Positions 39,435-52,800 of a DNA stretch of 64,000 nt are shown one piece after another. The notes beneath the pieces are model-generated. The model was given only the letters and a program-made list of their open reading frames with translations. It was not told the DNA's origin and ran no database searches. Numbering within the stretch: the stretch's first letter is position 1; each line of letters opens with the position of its first letter. The stretch spans positions 246,576,001-246,640,000 of the forward strand of contig NC_086097.1 in NCBI RefSeq assembly GCF_963921235.1, written 5' to 3'. Source of the stretch: Mobula hypostoma (lineage: Eukaryota). Position numbers and translations under genes: made by a program.

Positions 39435-41960
39435 TAGAATAACAGGGGTGGGAGCCTCACATGCCTCAGTCTCCTCAGGAAGTGAGGACAGAGCTGTGCT
39501 TTCCCTACCGAAGAGGTGGTCTCAGAGGATAAGGTGAAATCATCCATTATGTACACTCCAAGAAACTCTGTTCTCCTAACTCTCTCCACGGATGAGCTGT
39601 GCAGTGAGAAATGGTCAGACCGCACATTCCTAAAGTCCACAATCATCTCTTTGGTCTTGTCCATATTGAGACTCAAGTTGTGGTGCTTGCACTGTTCTAT
39701 CAGCGGCTCTACCAACTCTCTATACACCATTTGTTGTTGTCGTTGATGAGGCCAACCACTCTTGTGTTACTGTCAAACCCGATGATTTGGTTTGAACTGG
39801 ATCTAGCAGTGCAGTCATGCAGCCCTGGCGGGGGGCGGGGGAGGGGTCGCTGGCATACAGCATGATTCATAAGGTATGAATCATGCTCTCTGCAGAGAGT
39901 GGAGAGTACACCAAGGCATTCTACAAGTATGTGAAGAGCAAGAGGGTAAGACGTGAGAGAATAGGACCTGTCAAGTGTGACGGTGGGAAAGTGTGTATGG
40001 AACTAGAGGAAATAGCAGAGGTACTTAATGACTACTTTGCTTCAGTATTCACTTCGGAAAAGGATCTTGGCAATTGTAGGGATGACTTACAGTGGACTGA
40101 AAAGCTTGAGCATGTAGATATTAAAAAAGTGGATGTGCTGGAGCTTTTGGAAAGCATCAAATTGGATAAGTCATCAGGACCAGATGAGATGTAGCCCAGG
40201 CTACTGTAGGAAGTGAGGGAGAAGATTGCTGAGCCTCTGGCAATGATCTTCGCATCGTCAATGGGGATGGGAGAGGTTCCGGAGGATTGGAGGGTTGCAG
40301 ATATTGTTCCCATATTCAAGAAAGGGAGCAGAGATAGCCCAGGAAATTATAGACCAGTGAGTTTTACTTCAGTGGTTGAGAAGATCCTGAGAGGTAGGAT
40401 TTATGAACATTTGGAGAGGTATAATATGATTAGGAACAGTCAGCATGGCTTTGTCAAGGGCAGGTCATGCTTTACAAGCCTGATTGAATTTTTTGAGGAT
40501 GTGACTAAACTCATTGATGAAGGAAGAGCAATAGATGTAGTGTACATGGATTTCAGCAAGGTATTTGATAACGTACCCCATGCAAGGCTTATTGAGAAAC
40601 GAAGGAGGCATGGGATCTAAGGGGACATTGCTTTGTGGATCCAGAATTGGCTTGCCCACAGAAGGCAAAGAGTGGTTGTAGATGGGTCATATTTTGCATG
40701 GAGGTCAGTGACCAGTGGTGTGCCTCAGGGATCTGTTCTGGGACCCTTACTCTTCGGGATTTTTATAAATGACCTGGATGAGGAAGTGGAGGGATGGGTT
40801 AGTAAGTTTGCTGATGACACAAAGGTTGAGGTTGTTGTGGATAGTGTGGAGGGCTGTCAGAGGTTACAGCGGGACATTGATAGGATGCAAAACTGGGCTG
40901 AGAAGTGGCAGATGGCGTTCTACCCAGATAAGTGTGAAGTGGTTCATTTTGGTAGGTCAAATATGATGGCAGAATATAGTATTAATGTTAAGACTCTTGG
41001 TAGTGTGGAGGATCAGAGGGATCATAGGGTCCGAGTCCATAGGACGCTCAAAGCAGCTGTGCAGGTTGACACTGTGGTTAAGAAGGCATACGGTGTATTG
41101 GCCTTCATAAATTGTGGAATTGAACTTAGGAGCTGAGAGGTAATGTTGCAGCTATATAGGACCCTGGTCAGACCCCACTTCGTCTGGAATACTGTGCTCA
41201 GTTTTGGTCGTCTCACTACAGGAAGGACATGGAAACCATAGAAGGGGTGCAGAGGAGATTTACAAGGATGTTGCCTGGATTGGGGAGCATGCCTTATGAA
41301 AACAGGTTGAGTGAACTCGGCCTTTTCTCCTTGGAGCGACGGAGGATGAGAGGAGACCTGATAGAGGTGTATAAGATGACGAGAGACAATGATCATGTGG
41401 ATAGTCAGAGGCTTTTTCCCAGGGCTGAAATGGTTGCCACAAGAGGGCACAGGTTTAAAGTACTGGGGAGTAGGTACAGAGGAGATGTCAGGGGTAAGTT
41501 TTTTACTCAGAGAATGGTGAGTGCGTGGAATGGGCTGCCAGCAATGGTGGTGGAGGCGGATAAGATAGGGTCTCTTAAAGAGACTTCTGGATGGGTACAT
41601 GGAGCTTAGAAAAATAGAGGGCTATGGGTAAGCCTAGTAATTTTTAAGGTAGGGACATATATGGCACAACTTTGTGGGCTGAAGGGCCTGTATTGTGCTG
41701 TAGGTTTTCTATGTTTCTATGATGCAACAGTGCAGTCATGCAGCCCTGGGGGATTGCTGGTATTCAGCATGATGTAGCAGTACAGTAATGCAGCCCTGGG
41801 GGTCGCTGGTGTTCAGCATGATGCAGTGAGAAATATTTCTGTCAACACGAACTGACTGACCTTTCTGTCAAGAGGTCCAAGATCCAGTTACAGAGGGAGG
41901 TGCTGAAACCCAGCAAGGACAGTTTACCCACCAGTATCTGAGGGATGATCACATTAAATA
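39435..41960 (-). mobile_element. Old Rex1 RT fragment (39435-39870 and 41720-41960) interrupted by CR1-B
   Basis: NLSLN.DKTKEMIVDFR and WILD.LT remnants on minus. Confidence 0.7.
39905..41720 (+). mobile_element. CR1 subfamily B, 5'-truncated, complete RT region with stops
   Basis: [28 protein letters not shown] and FADDTKV motifs, plus tail. Confidence 0.92.
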
Positions 41961-42319
41961 CCAGCATTCTGGAATATGATGCACCTTTTTACAGATGGGA
42001 CAGGACAGGATAGAGTGGAGTGCAGAAGCTTTGGTATCATCAGTGAACTGATTTGAGCAATAAGCAAACTGAAAGAGGGTTTTCCTTCTGCTAGGTAAGC
42101 TGCCAACCACATCAGGTCAGCCCTATCTGCCTGAAGCAACTGGTTTTAAGGTGCCAGTAACCTGTCTTTGCCCCTTCTCCTGTCAGTAGAAACAGTTCTG
42201 CTGGGCTTAGTAGCTAAGCCACGCGTGAAGGCCAGGAACACGACTTGGGACCATTTAATAGGTAGTGGGAGTTTATCCTCACTACCCCCTCTGTCCCGGC
42301 TATAAAAAACTTAAGGAAC

Positions 42320-42800
42320 CACGTGACAACAACTCAATGCATAAAAACATGTTCAAGAGGTTCAGTTGTTCAGACCAAATATCAGAATGGGGAAGAAATG
42401 TAATGCAAGTGACTTTGACCGTGAAATGATTGTTAGCACCAGATGGGGTCCTTAGAGTATCTCAGAAACTGCTGGAATTTTCATGTACAACAATCTCTAA
42501 AGTTTACAGAGAATGGTGCGAAAAACAAAAAAACATCCTTAGAGTGACTGCTCTGTAGGTAGAAATGCCTTGTTGATGTGAGTGGTCTGAGGAGAATGGT
42601 CAGACTGGTTCAAACTGACAAGAAGGCGACAGTAACTCAAATAACCATGAGTTACACAGTAGTGTGCAGAAGAGCACCTCTGAATGCAACTGTCAAACCT
42701 TGAAGTGGATGAGCTACCACAGTAGAAGACCACAAAGATACACTCAGTGGCCAGTTTATTAGGTACACGAGGTAGCAAATAAAGTGGCCAGTGAGCGTAC
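42320..42800 (+). mobile_element. Tc1-like non-autonomous element (same family as 18191-18690)
   Basis: Shared HTH remnant and terminal TIR palindrome at 42741-42798. Confidence 0.78.
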
Positions 42801-43679
42801 TTCAAAACAAAACTTCTAGGTCAAATGTAATATCACTCTTAAATCTACGGGTCAAGTGGGAAATATTGTCCAACAGGAAGAGCAGATTAAATCTGGGCTA
42901 CAAGTGTGCTGTCCTTGAAGGGATCACAGTAAAGCTTTCTTGCATACAAGAACTGGAAGGTTTAATCAGCAACAGTGGTCAAGATCTTTGTGTAACAACA
43001 TAGAGCACCACCAGCTATTTACGTAATTGTGCACGTTTGTGCTGGTGAGGCCAAAGAACACAGAAATAATGTTGGGAAAAATTTACACCATCAGACATTG
43101 CAGCAGAATTATGCTATTTGGCTTATTGAGTCTGATCCATCATTCCATCGCGGCTGATTTATTATCTCTCTTAACCCTATTCTCCTACCTCCTTCCCATA
43201 ACATATGACGCACTGACTAATCAAGAACTTATCAACCTCCACTTTAAAAATACCCAATGACTTGGCATCCACAGCCATGTGTGGCAATGAATTCAACAGA
43301 TTCACCACCCTCTGGCTGAAGAAATTCCAGTAGGTGACCAGGATAAATTAAGCCTGTAGTGTCTATAAGTTCATAGCACATTTATTATCAAAGTACATAT
43401 ACTTCATACAACCTTGAGATTTGTCTCCTTACTGGTAGCCATGAAACAAAGAACCCTGAAAGAAGCCATGAAAAACAAGACTGCTGAACACCCAATGTGA
43501 GGAGAGAGAAAAATAAAAACAAATCGTGCAAACAATAAGGCAAGCAAACAGCATCCAGAACTGAAGTTCACCACACCAGGCATCATTGCAGCCAATTCAG
43601 AAGTCCACAGAGCCAATTCAGAAGGACTCAGTCCAGCACAGAGTTGAGCAAACTCCGCAGAGCAGCAAGCCAAACCACA

Positions 43680-43985
43680 ATCCGTTAGTCTTGCGAGACC
43701 ATGGATCTGCGCCTGGAAAGTCTTCACTCTCCAGGGCGCAGACCTGGGCAAGGTTGTATGGAAGACCGGCAGTTGCCCATGCTGCAAGTCTCCCCTCTCC
43801 ACGACACCGATGTTGTCCAAGGGAAGGGCATTAGGACCCATACAGCTTGGCACCGGTGTCGTCGCAGAGCAATGTGTGATTAAGTGCCTTGCTCAAGAAC
43901 ACAACACATTGCCTCAGCTGGGGCTCGAACTCACGACCTTCAGATCGCTAGTCGAATGACTTAACCACTTGGCCACGTGCCCACA
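43680..43985 (-). mobile_element. tRNA-derived SINE with CORE-like segment
   Basis: A box TGGCCAAGTGG, B box GAGTTCGAGCC, and GTG.TCTTGAGCAAGGCACTTAA. Confidence 0.85.
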
Positions 43986-44349
43986 CAAACCACAATAATA
44001 CTCAAAAAGTTAAGGAAGTGTAAAGATCATGGAGTCATTGTACATCATGAATACAGGCCCTTTGGCCGATCCAGTTCATGCCTACCCAGCTACTCCCAAC
44101 GTCCTACATTCAGCCCATATCTCTCTAAGTCCTGTCGCTCAATGTACCTACCCAAGTGCTTTTTAAATAATATCATGGTACCTACCTCAACCACTTCCTC
44201 TGGCAGCTCGTTCCATTTACTTTTAACCATTTCTATAAGGTCTCCCCTCATTTTCCTGCGTTCCAATGAAGAAACACCTAGCCTGGCCAACCTTTCCCTA
44301 TAGCTCAGACCCTTTAGTCCTGGTAACATCCTCGTAAAGCTTTTCTCAA

Positions 44350-45020
44350 AGTTCAAATGTCAAAGATTAAAGTAAGTTTATTATCAAAGTACATACACAG
44401 TCTGTCACCATGCACAACCCTGAGACTGATTTTCTTGCAGGGATACTCAAAAAAGCTATAATAGAATAATAACCATAATAGAATCAATGAAAGACCATTT
44501 CTCTTTTGTTCAACCAGTGTGTAAAAGACAATAAACCGTGCAAATACAAAAATAAATAAATAATAATAAATACATAAGCAATAAATGTCATAAACATCAG
44601 ATGCAGAATCATTGAAAGTGAGTCCAAAGGTTGTGGGAACATTTCTCTTCCTTTCTTTATCAATCTTTTTCTTAACGTTGTGGGAACATTTCAAGTGAAG
44701 TTGAGTGAAATTATCCCCTCTGGTTCAAGAGCCTGATGGTTGAGGGATAACAACTGTTCCTGAACCTGGTGATGAGAGTCCTGAGGCTCCTGTAACTTCT
44801 TCCTGATGGCAGCGACGAGAAGAGAGCCTGTCCTGGCAGTGAGGGTCTGTGATGATGGAGACTGCTTTCCTGCCACAACGCTCCGTGTAGATGTGCTCAG
44901 TGGTGGGGAGGGCTTTACCAGTGATGAACTGGGCCAACCATGTCCACTACTTTGTGTAGGATTTTCCGTTCAAGGGGATTGATGTTTCCATACCAGGCTG
45001 TGATGCAGCCAATTAATATG
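44350..45020 (-). mobile_element. Rex1-type 3' fragment with long 3' UTR
   Basis: LLPSGRSYRSLR....FRNSCYP remnant and TTTGATAATAAA tail. Confidence 0.65.
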
Positions 45021-47172
45021 TAACCCTCTGCACTCTTTCCACTTTAGGCACGTCGCTTATAATAAAATGACCAAAATTGTACAAAGTAATCTCAGTGCAG
45101 TCTCACCAACAACTGATACAACTGCAACATAATGTCCCAAATTCTGTACACAGTGCCTTGATTGATGAAGGTCAGAGTGCTAGATGCCTTTTCATAGCCC
45201 TGTCCTGTCTCCCTTTGACACTAACTTGAATGAACAATGCACTGTATGCCTAGGTCCCACTGTTCCACTACACTCCCGAGTGGCCGACCAGTCATAGTAT
45301 GGCCTGCACTGCAATTCATCGAGTTCTTCCCCCTGCAAATTCTTATGGACGGTTATGATAAATGGTACTTCAAAACTGCTCAACAGATCACTGGCAACAG
45401 CCTACCTGCCTTCAAGAATATATATCCAGAAAAGTGCCAGAAAAAGGCCAGGAACATCATAAAGGACCCTACCCACCCTGCTCATGAACTGTCTGTCCCA
45501 TTCACATCAGGGAGAAGGCTACATAGCTTCCAGGCCAGGACCACCAGACTCAAAGCAGTTACTTTCCCCAAGCAGTGAGGCACACCAGCACCTCCCCACA
45601 CTAACCCACCCCACCACCACCACCAACACTTTATCATTTCCAGTCAGAGTCACCTTATGGTCAGACACTCCTGTGCCTAGTGTCACTTTATGCAGATACA
45701 ATCAATGTATATTAGCTATCTTATATAATTATATTTATCATAGTTTATAATTATTATGTTACATATATTATTGTGTTTTTTGTGCTGCATTGGATCCAGG
45801 GTAGCAATAGGACAAGAACTGTTATGATGGGAAACAGCTTTCTCCCCCAGGTCACAAGACTGCTGAACTCACTGCCACCATCCAGGATCATCGATTATGA
45901 AACGCTAGTAACCATATAACCATATAACAATTACAGCACGGAAACAGGCCATCTCGGCCCTCCTAGTCCATGTCCAACTCTTACTCTCACCTAGTCCCAC
46001 AGACCTGCACTAGCCCATAGCCCCCCATTCCTTTCCTGTCCATATAGCTATCATATAACTGTCCATATAGTAGCATTGTACTGTTCACTTTTTAACTTGT
46101 CATAAATGTAACTTATTATTGGTTAGTTTGTTGTGCACCTTGGTCCAGAGAAACATTGTTTCGTTTGGCAGTATACATGTATAGGGTTGAATAACAATAA
46201 GCTGAACTTGACTTGATTGTTTTGTTCTCCTTTACCCTTGTGTACTGGAAATGACATTAAACAATCTTGAATCTGTAAAGTGTTTGGCAGTACACAGAAC
46301 TGAGAACATTAACTTCTTCTTCTGCACATTTCGACAGAGTGCATAGTTCCATTTCAATAATTTGGCTGGAATCACCTACTGCAACTGCATGCTGGGTGGA
46401 AGGGTGCAGAACAGGAAGTTGTTGCCATGAGTTCTAGTCAATGCCATATGATAACCATGAATATAAAACAGCGGCAGGAATAATTCACCTCTTGCACTTG
46501 AACTTGGTGCATGAGACCAGGAAGAAACTGGAAACCAACTGTACTGATCCACATCTTGGATTGTTCAGTGGGTACTTTGATCTTCATGCCAAAATATCTA
46601 CATGGACTTTCCGTTGTTGAACCATCTACCTTTGGCTGCTGATTGTTTTATTAACAATCAATTAATTTTCTTTTTGTATGCTAATTATATTATGACTTCA
46701 ACTTATTTTAGAATGTTCCTTGACAGAACATAAATGGTTTCATATTCAACTAATAATGTTTTACATACGCAAGAAAATACATGTTTTTTGTTGAAATGTA
46801 ATAAAGGACAGAATATTTAACTGTTCGTGGTTCCTTTTTGTATCTTTCATTTTACCATGTCCTACCAGACAAAGAATATACAACGTAGAACAGTACAGTA
46901 CAGTATTATTTATTTACTATTTATTATAATTATTGTTTTTTATTGTATTAGTTTGCTTGTGCGCACGTGGCCAAGTGGTTAAGGCATTGGACTAGCTACC
47001 TGAAGGTCGTGAGTTCGAGCCCCAGCCGAGGCAACATGTTGTGTCCTTGAGCAAGGCACTTAACCATACATTGCTCTGCCACGACACTGGTGCCAAGCTG
47101 TATGGGTCCTAATGCCCTTCCCTTGGACAACATTGGTGTCGTGGAGAGGGCAGACTTGCAGCATGGGCAGCT

Positions 47173-48405
47173 AACAACAGGAATTCTGCAGATGCTGGAA
47201 ATTCAAGCAACATACATCAAAGTTGCTGGTGAACGCAGCAGGCCAAGCAGCATCTATAGGAAGAGGCGCAGTCGACGTTTCAGGCCGAGACCCTTCGTCA
47301 GGACTAACTGAAGGAAGAGTGAGTAAAGGATTTGAAAGCTGGAGGGGGAGGGGGAGATGCAAAATGATAGGAGAAGACAGGAGGGGGAGGGATAGAGCCG
47401 AGAGCTGGACAGGTGATAGGCAAAAGGGGATACGAGAGGATCATGGGACAGGAGGTCCGGGAAGAAAGACAAGGGGGGGGGTGACCCAGAGGATGGGCAA
47501 GAGGTATATTCAGAGGGACAGAGGGAGAAAAAGGAGAGTGAGAGAAAGAATGTGTGCATAAAAATGAGTAACAGATGGGGTACGAGGGGAGGTGGGGCCT
47601 TAGCGGAAGTTAGAGAAGTCAATGTTCATGCCATCAGGTTGGAGGCTACCCAGACGGAATACAAGGTGCTGTTCCTCCAACCTGAGTGTGGCTTCATCTT
47701 TACAGTAGAGGAGGCCGTGGATAGACATGTCAGAATGGGAATGGGATGTGGAATTAAAATGTGTGGCCACTGGGAGATCCTGCTTTCTCTGGCGGACAGA
47801 GCGTAGATGTTCAGCAAAGCGGTCTCCCAGTCTGCGTCGGGTCTCACCAATATATAAAAGGTCACATCGGGAGCACCGGACGCAGTATATCACCCCAGTC
47901 GACTCACAGGTGAAGTGATGCCTCACCTGGAAGGACTGTTTGGGGCCCTGAATGGTGGTAAGGGAGGAAGTGTAAGGGCATGTGTAGCACTTGTTCCGCT
48001 TACACGGATAAGTGCCAGGAGGGAGATCAGTGGGGAGAGATGGGGGGGACGAATGGACAAGGGAGTTGTGTAGGGAGCGATCCCTGCGGAATGCAGAGAG
48101 AGGGGGGGAGGGAAAGATGTGCTTAGTGGTGGGATCCCGTTGGAGGTGGCGGAAGTTACGGAGAATAATATGTTGGACCCGGAGGCTGGTGGGGTGGTAG
48201 GTGAGGACCAGCGGAACCCTATTCCTAGTGGGGTGGTGGGAGGATGGAGTGAGAGCAGATGTACGTGAAATGGGGGAGATGCGTTTAAGAGCAGAGTTGA
48301 TAGTGGAGGAAGGGAAGCCCCTTTCTTTAAAAAATGAAGACATCTCCCTCGTCCTAGAATGAAAAGCCTCATCCTGAGAGCAGATGCGGCGGAGACGGAG
48401 GAATT
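47173..48405 (-). mobile_element. Penelope-like element, 5'-truncated, open linker plus GIY-YIG frame
   Basis: QFLRLRRICS..GVIYCVRC..LYIGET..LGSLQPDGMN. 12-bp TSD GCATGGGCAGCT at 47161-47172 and 48406-48417. Confidence 0.93.
47270..47305 (-). ncRNA. Minimal hammerhead ribozyme motif (PLE)
   Basis: Minus: AGTC-CTGACGA-AGG-GTCTCGG-CCT-GAAA-C-GTC-GACT. Confidence 0.72.
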
Positions 48406-49482
48406 GCATGGGCAGCTGCTGGTCTTCCATACAACCTTGCCCAGGCCTGCGCCCTGGAGAGTGAAGACTTTCCAGGCGCAGATCCATGGTCTTGCAAGAC
48501 TAACGGATGCCTTTAAAAAAAAAGTTTGCTTGTTAGTCTGTCTTTGTGTGTACATTTTCACTGATTCTATTGTATTTCTTTATTCTACTGTGAATGCCTG
48601 AAAGAAAATGAATCTCAGGGTAGTATCTGGTGACATATACACAGTTTGATTAGAAATTTACTTTGAACTTGAACTTTGTAAGGCATAGCTCACTGACTGA
48701 ACTCTCGTCTTGAAATCAGAACAGCAGCAGCTTCAGAGGCTTGAACTCATAATTTAAGCCTACTGATGAGTGCACCTCTGCGAACTTTCAGGCGGGATGT
48801 TTAAGGCTCGGACGATCCTCATGGTCTTTTTTTCTTGAAGAGACAGGAAGACCTGGTAGGGTTGTGGTCAATATTTCTCCCTCAAACAATGCCTAAACAG
48901 ATGATCTGGTCATTTATTTCAATGTTTGTGAGAGCTTGCTCATTGCAAATTGCCTTTTTTAATTCCTGGAAGATTAAGGACACTTTTAGAAACATATTTC
49001 GGTATATCCTTAGGTTGATTTAAGACACCTAAATTCCACATTTTTCTTTAAATCTTTTTCACTGACAGCTTGCAGGATGACACTGCGGTGCTCCAACTCT
49101 TGAGTGCCTCATGCGTTTTTCAACATCCCATCTGAATATTTTGCTCAAATAATGTTTTTCCAATTATATAACATACAGCTCTTCCTTAAGTTTAATTTAA
49201 CTCACAAGTACTCAGACTTTAAATATTATTTGACTCCCCTTCCCCCCATTCCACTATTGACAAGTTCATAACAGTGCTAATTTTGGAGCAAAGGTATCAT
49301 GGACTGTCAGCACTTACTGATGTCAAAGTGTAAATGGGACACAGCTCCTGGTGACAGTTCAGTGCAAGAATTAAGTTGTAATTGCCTGCTTCTTTGGAAG
49401 CTCTGCATCTGTGGTATTTCACGCAGCATCTTGGTGGTAAAACTTTCAAAGCAACGTGTAGGTGCTGTCCTTACATGCAACC

Positions 49483-49735
49483 CACAGCACAGTAGCATAG
49501 TGGGTAGCACAACCTTTTGCAGTACAGGTGACCTTGCTTCAATTCCTGCCACTGCCTGTAAGGAGTTTGAACGTTCTCCCAGCAACTGTGTGAGTTTCCT
49601 TTAGGTGCTCCGCTTTCCTCCCACAGTCCAAAGACATCCTGCGATTAGGCTAGGATTAAATCAGGGGATTGCTGGGCAGCGTGGTTTGAAGGGCCGATTC
49701 CGCACTTTATCTCAATGAAATAAGTGAAATAAACT
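49483..49735 (+). mobile_element. V-SINE
   Basis: tRNA-like head and TTTCCTCCCACAGTCCAAAGAC. Confidence 0.75.
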
Positions 49736-49817
49736 CTAAAATTACCACAAAGCCTGTGCACTTTCAAGGTCTCTACAACTCGTTGTCTCAGTATTATTTA
49801 TTTACTTTTTTTGTATT

Positions 49818-52800
49818 TGTATTCTGTATTTAATATTTCAGTGATATTCTTTGTTGTTTATATAATGCATTGTGCATTATAAAAGTACGTAAATACCATG
49901 CATTATCACACCACCAGATCATAATGCATACCTCGATTAAAGTAAAATCAGACAAACACAAATTATCTCCTGGCTCCATGCTTTTTTTCTTTTAATTATT
50001 CTTTATGTTTTGCAGTTAGAAAATATAACAGTGCTGATGAGGTATTTTTAAAACGAACCTGTGATGACTACCTTTGAAGTGCACTGAGATATTCCAGTTT
50101 TAAAAAAAGCACAACAAGGTGATCGAGTTAAAAACAAAAGCAGCGCAGCATGTGTTTCTTCAGAAGGGAGAGAGAACACAGTCAAGTTAAATAAACAGTG
50201 TGTACTGGGTGGTAATAACCATAAGTAAAAGTAGAAATGACTGGCTACATCGGGAAGGTAGACACATTTGACTGGATATTGTATACAGAACAAATTGAGC
50301 GGTATGCTGAAGCATATAAAATAGCCAATAAGAAGCAAATGCAAGTTTTGCTGATTGCATTGGGTTTAAAAGCATACTGTTTGCTTAGAAGTTTGACTAT
50401 TCCAACCAAACCAGCCGAAATGAGCTTTGCTGATATCATGAAAGTAATGCAGGAATATTTAGAACCAAAACCAATGTTGATTGCAGAACATTTTAGCTTT
50501 CATAAACAGAATCAAAAGGAAGGTAACTCCATTTCAGCATATGTGGCTGAATTGAAGAAGTTGTCTGAGCATTGTCAGTTTGGTTAGGGGCATAACGATG
50601 CACTGAGAGATCGTTTAGTTTATGGAATCTATTCAAAATGTAAGTTGTGCTTCAGTTAGAAGCACAATTTACCTTTAGAAGAGCAGAGGAAATAGCTGTA
50701 TCAATGGAACCAGCAGGCAGAGACACAATTGTGTTGCGGTCAGGAATGAAAGAAAGCATGAACAAAATTGCAATGTCTAAACAGAAATTAGCCTGGCTGA
50801 ATAAATTATGTTACCGTTGAGGCAGGGGCTCACATTCCCCAGACCAATGCAGATTTAAAGGCAAAACTTTCAGAAAATGCAACAAATTAGGACATATACA
50901 ATGATGAAGTCAGGCAGACAAAAATAAATTGACTGCACAGGGTAGAGAAAAAGATAAAAAGTTAAGCTGCAGATTCTAAAAGAGCACTAATCTGCATACT
51001 GTTGATGAAAAATCTGTTAATGATGAGAGTGACACAGGACTGAATAGCCTTCAGATTTACATGTTAAAACTAACAGGCGACACCAGAAATGAATGGTAAA
51101 TTAATTAAAATGGAATTGGTCACTGGCTCAGCTGTTTCAGTCATTGCAAGAAATGTGCTTGAATGGCATTTCAAAGATATTCCACTGAAGCCTGCAGATA
51201 TAGTTAATTCAGAAACAAAGGTTCTGAACTTAAAGAGGGGTAACTTTGAAGGTATGAGACGTGAATTAGCTAAGATAGACTGGCAAATGACACTTAAAGG
51301 ATTGACAGTGGATATGCAATGGCAAGCATTAAAGGTTGAATGGATGAGCTACAACAATTGTTCATCCCAGTTTGGCAAAAGAATAAATCAAGGAAGGTAG
51401 TGCACCCGTGGCTGACAAGAGAAATTAGGGATAGTATCAATTCCAAAGAAGAAGCATACAAATTAGCCAGAGAAAGTGGCTCACCTGAGGACTGGGAGAA
51501 ATTCAGACTTCAGCAGAGGAGTACAAAGGGCTTAATTAGGAAGGGGAAAAAAGATTATGAGAGAAAACTGGCAGGGAACATAAAAATGGACTGTAAAAGC
51601 TTTTATAGATATGTAAAAAGGAAAAGACTGGTAAAGACAAATGTAGGTCCCCTGCAGACAGAAACAGGTGAATTGATTATGGGGAGCAAGGACATGGCAG
51701 ACCAATTGAATAGTTACTTTGGTTCTGTCTTCACTAAGGAGGACATAAATAATCTTCCAGAAATAGTAAGGGACAGAGGGTCCAGTGGGATGGAGGAACT
51801 GAGCGAAATACATGTTAGTAGGGAAGTGGTGTTAGGTAAATTGAAGGGATTGAAGGCAGATAAATCCCCAGGGCCAGATGGTCTGCATCCTAGAGTACTT
51901 AAAGAAGTAGCCCAAGAAATAGTGGATGCATTAGTGATAATTTTTCAAAACTCGTTAGATTCTGGACTAGTTCCTGAGGATTGGAGGGTGGCTAATGTAA
52001 CCCCACTTTTTAAAAAAGGAGGGAGAGAGAAACCGGGGAATTATAGACCGGTTAGCCTAACGTCGGTGGTGGGGAAACTGCTGGAGTCAGTTATCAAGGA
52101 TGTGATAACAGCACATTTGGAAAGCGGTAAAATGATCGGACAAAGTCAGCATGGATTTGTGAAAGGAAAATCATGTCTGACGCATCTCATAGAATTTTTT
52201 GAGGATGTAACTAGTAGAGTGGATAGGGGAGAACCAGTGGATGTGGTATATTTGGATTTTCAAAAGGCTTTTGACAAGGTCCCACACAGGAGATTAGTGT
52301 GCAAACTTAAAGCACACGGTATTGGGGGTAAGGTATTGGTGTGGGTGGAGAATTGGTTAGCAGACAGGAAGCAAAGAGTGGGAATAAACGGGACCTTTTC
52401 AGAATGGCAGGCGGTGACTAGTGGGGTACCGCAAGGCTCAGTGCTGGAACCCCAGTTGTTTACAATATATATTAATGACTTGGATGAGGGAATTAAATGC
52501 AGCATCTCCAAGTTTGCAGATGACACGAAGCTGGGTGGCAGTGTTAGCAGTGAGGAGGATGCTAAGAGGATGCAGGGTGACTTGGATAGGTTGGGTGAGT
52601 GGGCAAATTCATGGCAGATGCAATTTAATGTGGATAAATGTGAAGTTATCCACTTTGGTGGCAAAAATAGGAAAACAGATTATTATCTGAATGGTGACCG
52701 ATTAGGAAAAGGGGAGGTGCAACGAGACCTGGGTGTCATTATACACCAGTCATTGAAAGTGGGCATGCAGGTACAACAGGCGGTGAAAAAGGCAAATGGT

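Larger units (their letters stand above)
46959..48512 (+). mobile_element. Same tRNA-SINE family, split by a PLE (46959-47172 and 48406-48512)
   Basis: A box 46968-46978 and B box 47011-47021. The halves match 43680-43985. Confidence 0.88.

Noticed and set aside
46959..47035. tRNA gene
   Set aside because: A and B boxes run into a SINE body repeated at 43680-43985. No proper acceptor stem or terminator.
47600..48487. 295-aa ORF as a novel GIY-YIG nuclease gene
   Set aside because: Chance fusion of antisense SINE sequence with a truncated PLE frame across the TSD.
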